From the NCBI GenBank assembly GCA_013239625.1, contig MU053557.1:1805063-1869062 (forward strand): a stretch of DNA of 64,000 nucleotides. Reading direction: 5' to 3'. The notes beneath the pieces are model-generated. The model had not been told where the DNA came from. It searched no databases and saw nothing but the letters and a program-made list of their open reading frames with translations. Source of the stretch: Lama guanicoe (Eukaryota). The position numbers were made by a program, and so were the translations under genes. How positions within the stretch are numbered: position 1 is the first letter of the stretch; every line of letters starts with the position of its first letter. This document shows positions 63,885-64,000 of the stretch, in pieces.

Positions 63885-64000
63885 TTTTTCCCAAGGTACA
63901 ACAGACACAGAACATTCTATCAGTTTCAGGTATGCAACATAATGATTCCATATTTGTATATATTGTGAAATGATCATCAGAGTAAGTCTAGTTAACGTCC
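63885..64000 (-). mobile_element. L1 3' end (L1MA-like), truncated by the window edge
   Basis: agtttcaggtatgcaacataatgattccatatttgtatatattgtgaaatgatcatcagagtaagtctagttaac. Confidence 0.75.

Noticed and set aside
1..64000. CRISPR array, operon or prokaryote-type defence system
   Set aside because: The sequence is mammalian, repeat-rich and non-coding. There are no regularly spaced repeat-spacer units or long intact ORFs.

Overview
Mammalian (eutherian) nuclear DNA, very probably from a camelid (alpaca/llama/camel). This rests on three copies of a tRNA-Ala(AGC)-derived SINE of the camelid vic-1 type, plus the usual eutherian MIR, L2, MER and MLT repeats. Most of the window is intronic or flanking DNA packed with decayed transposable elements. 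The best-supported genic signal is the 3' end of a minus-strand gene that I could not name. It has a 70-nt exon (44533->44464) with strong splice sites, encoding GIRIMEMLLKEQCGAPLAE* in phase 0. About 10.8 kb further on lies a probable non-coding terminal exon (33619->~32190) with AATAAA at 32216-32211. Nearly all ORFs in the supplied track are L1 remnants or chance ORFs. I found no CRISPR array, operon, rRNA or genuine tRNA gene, and no convincing novel multi-gene system. The most interesting leads are: (1) the regulatory architecture of this gene's 3' end, with a poly(A) hexamer overlapping the stop codon next to a splice donor and a candidate tail-anchor/poison cassette exon inside an enhancer-like block; (2) two L1 insertions that seem to carry non-L1 sequence; (3) a perfect 67-bp tandem duplication. 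Repeat family names and boundaries were recognised by eye and are approximate.
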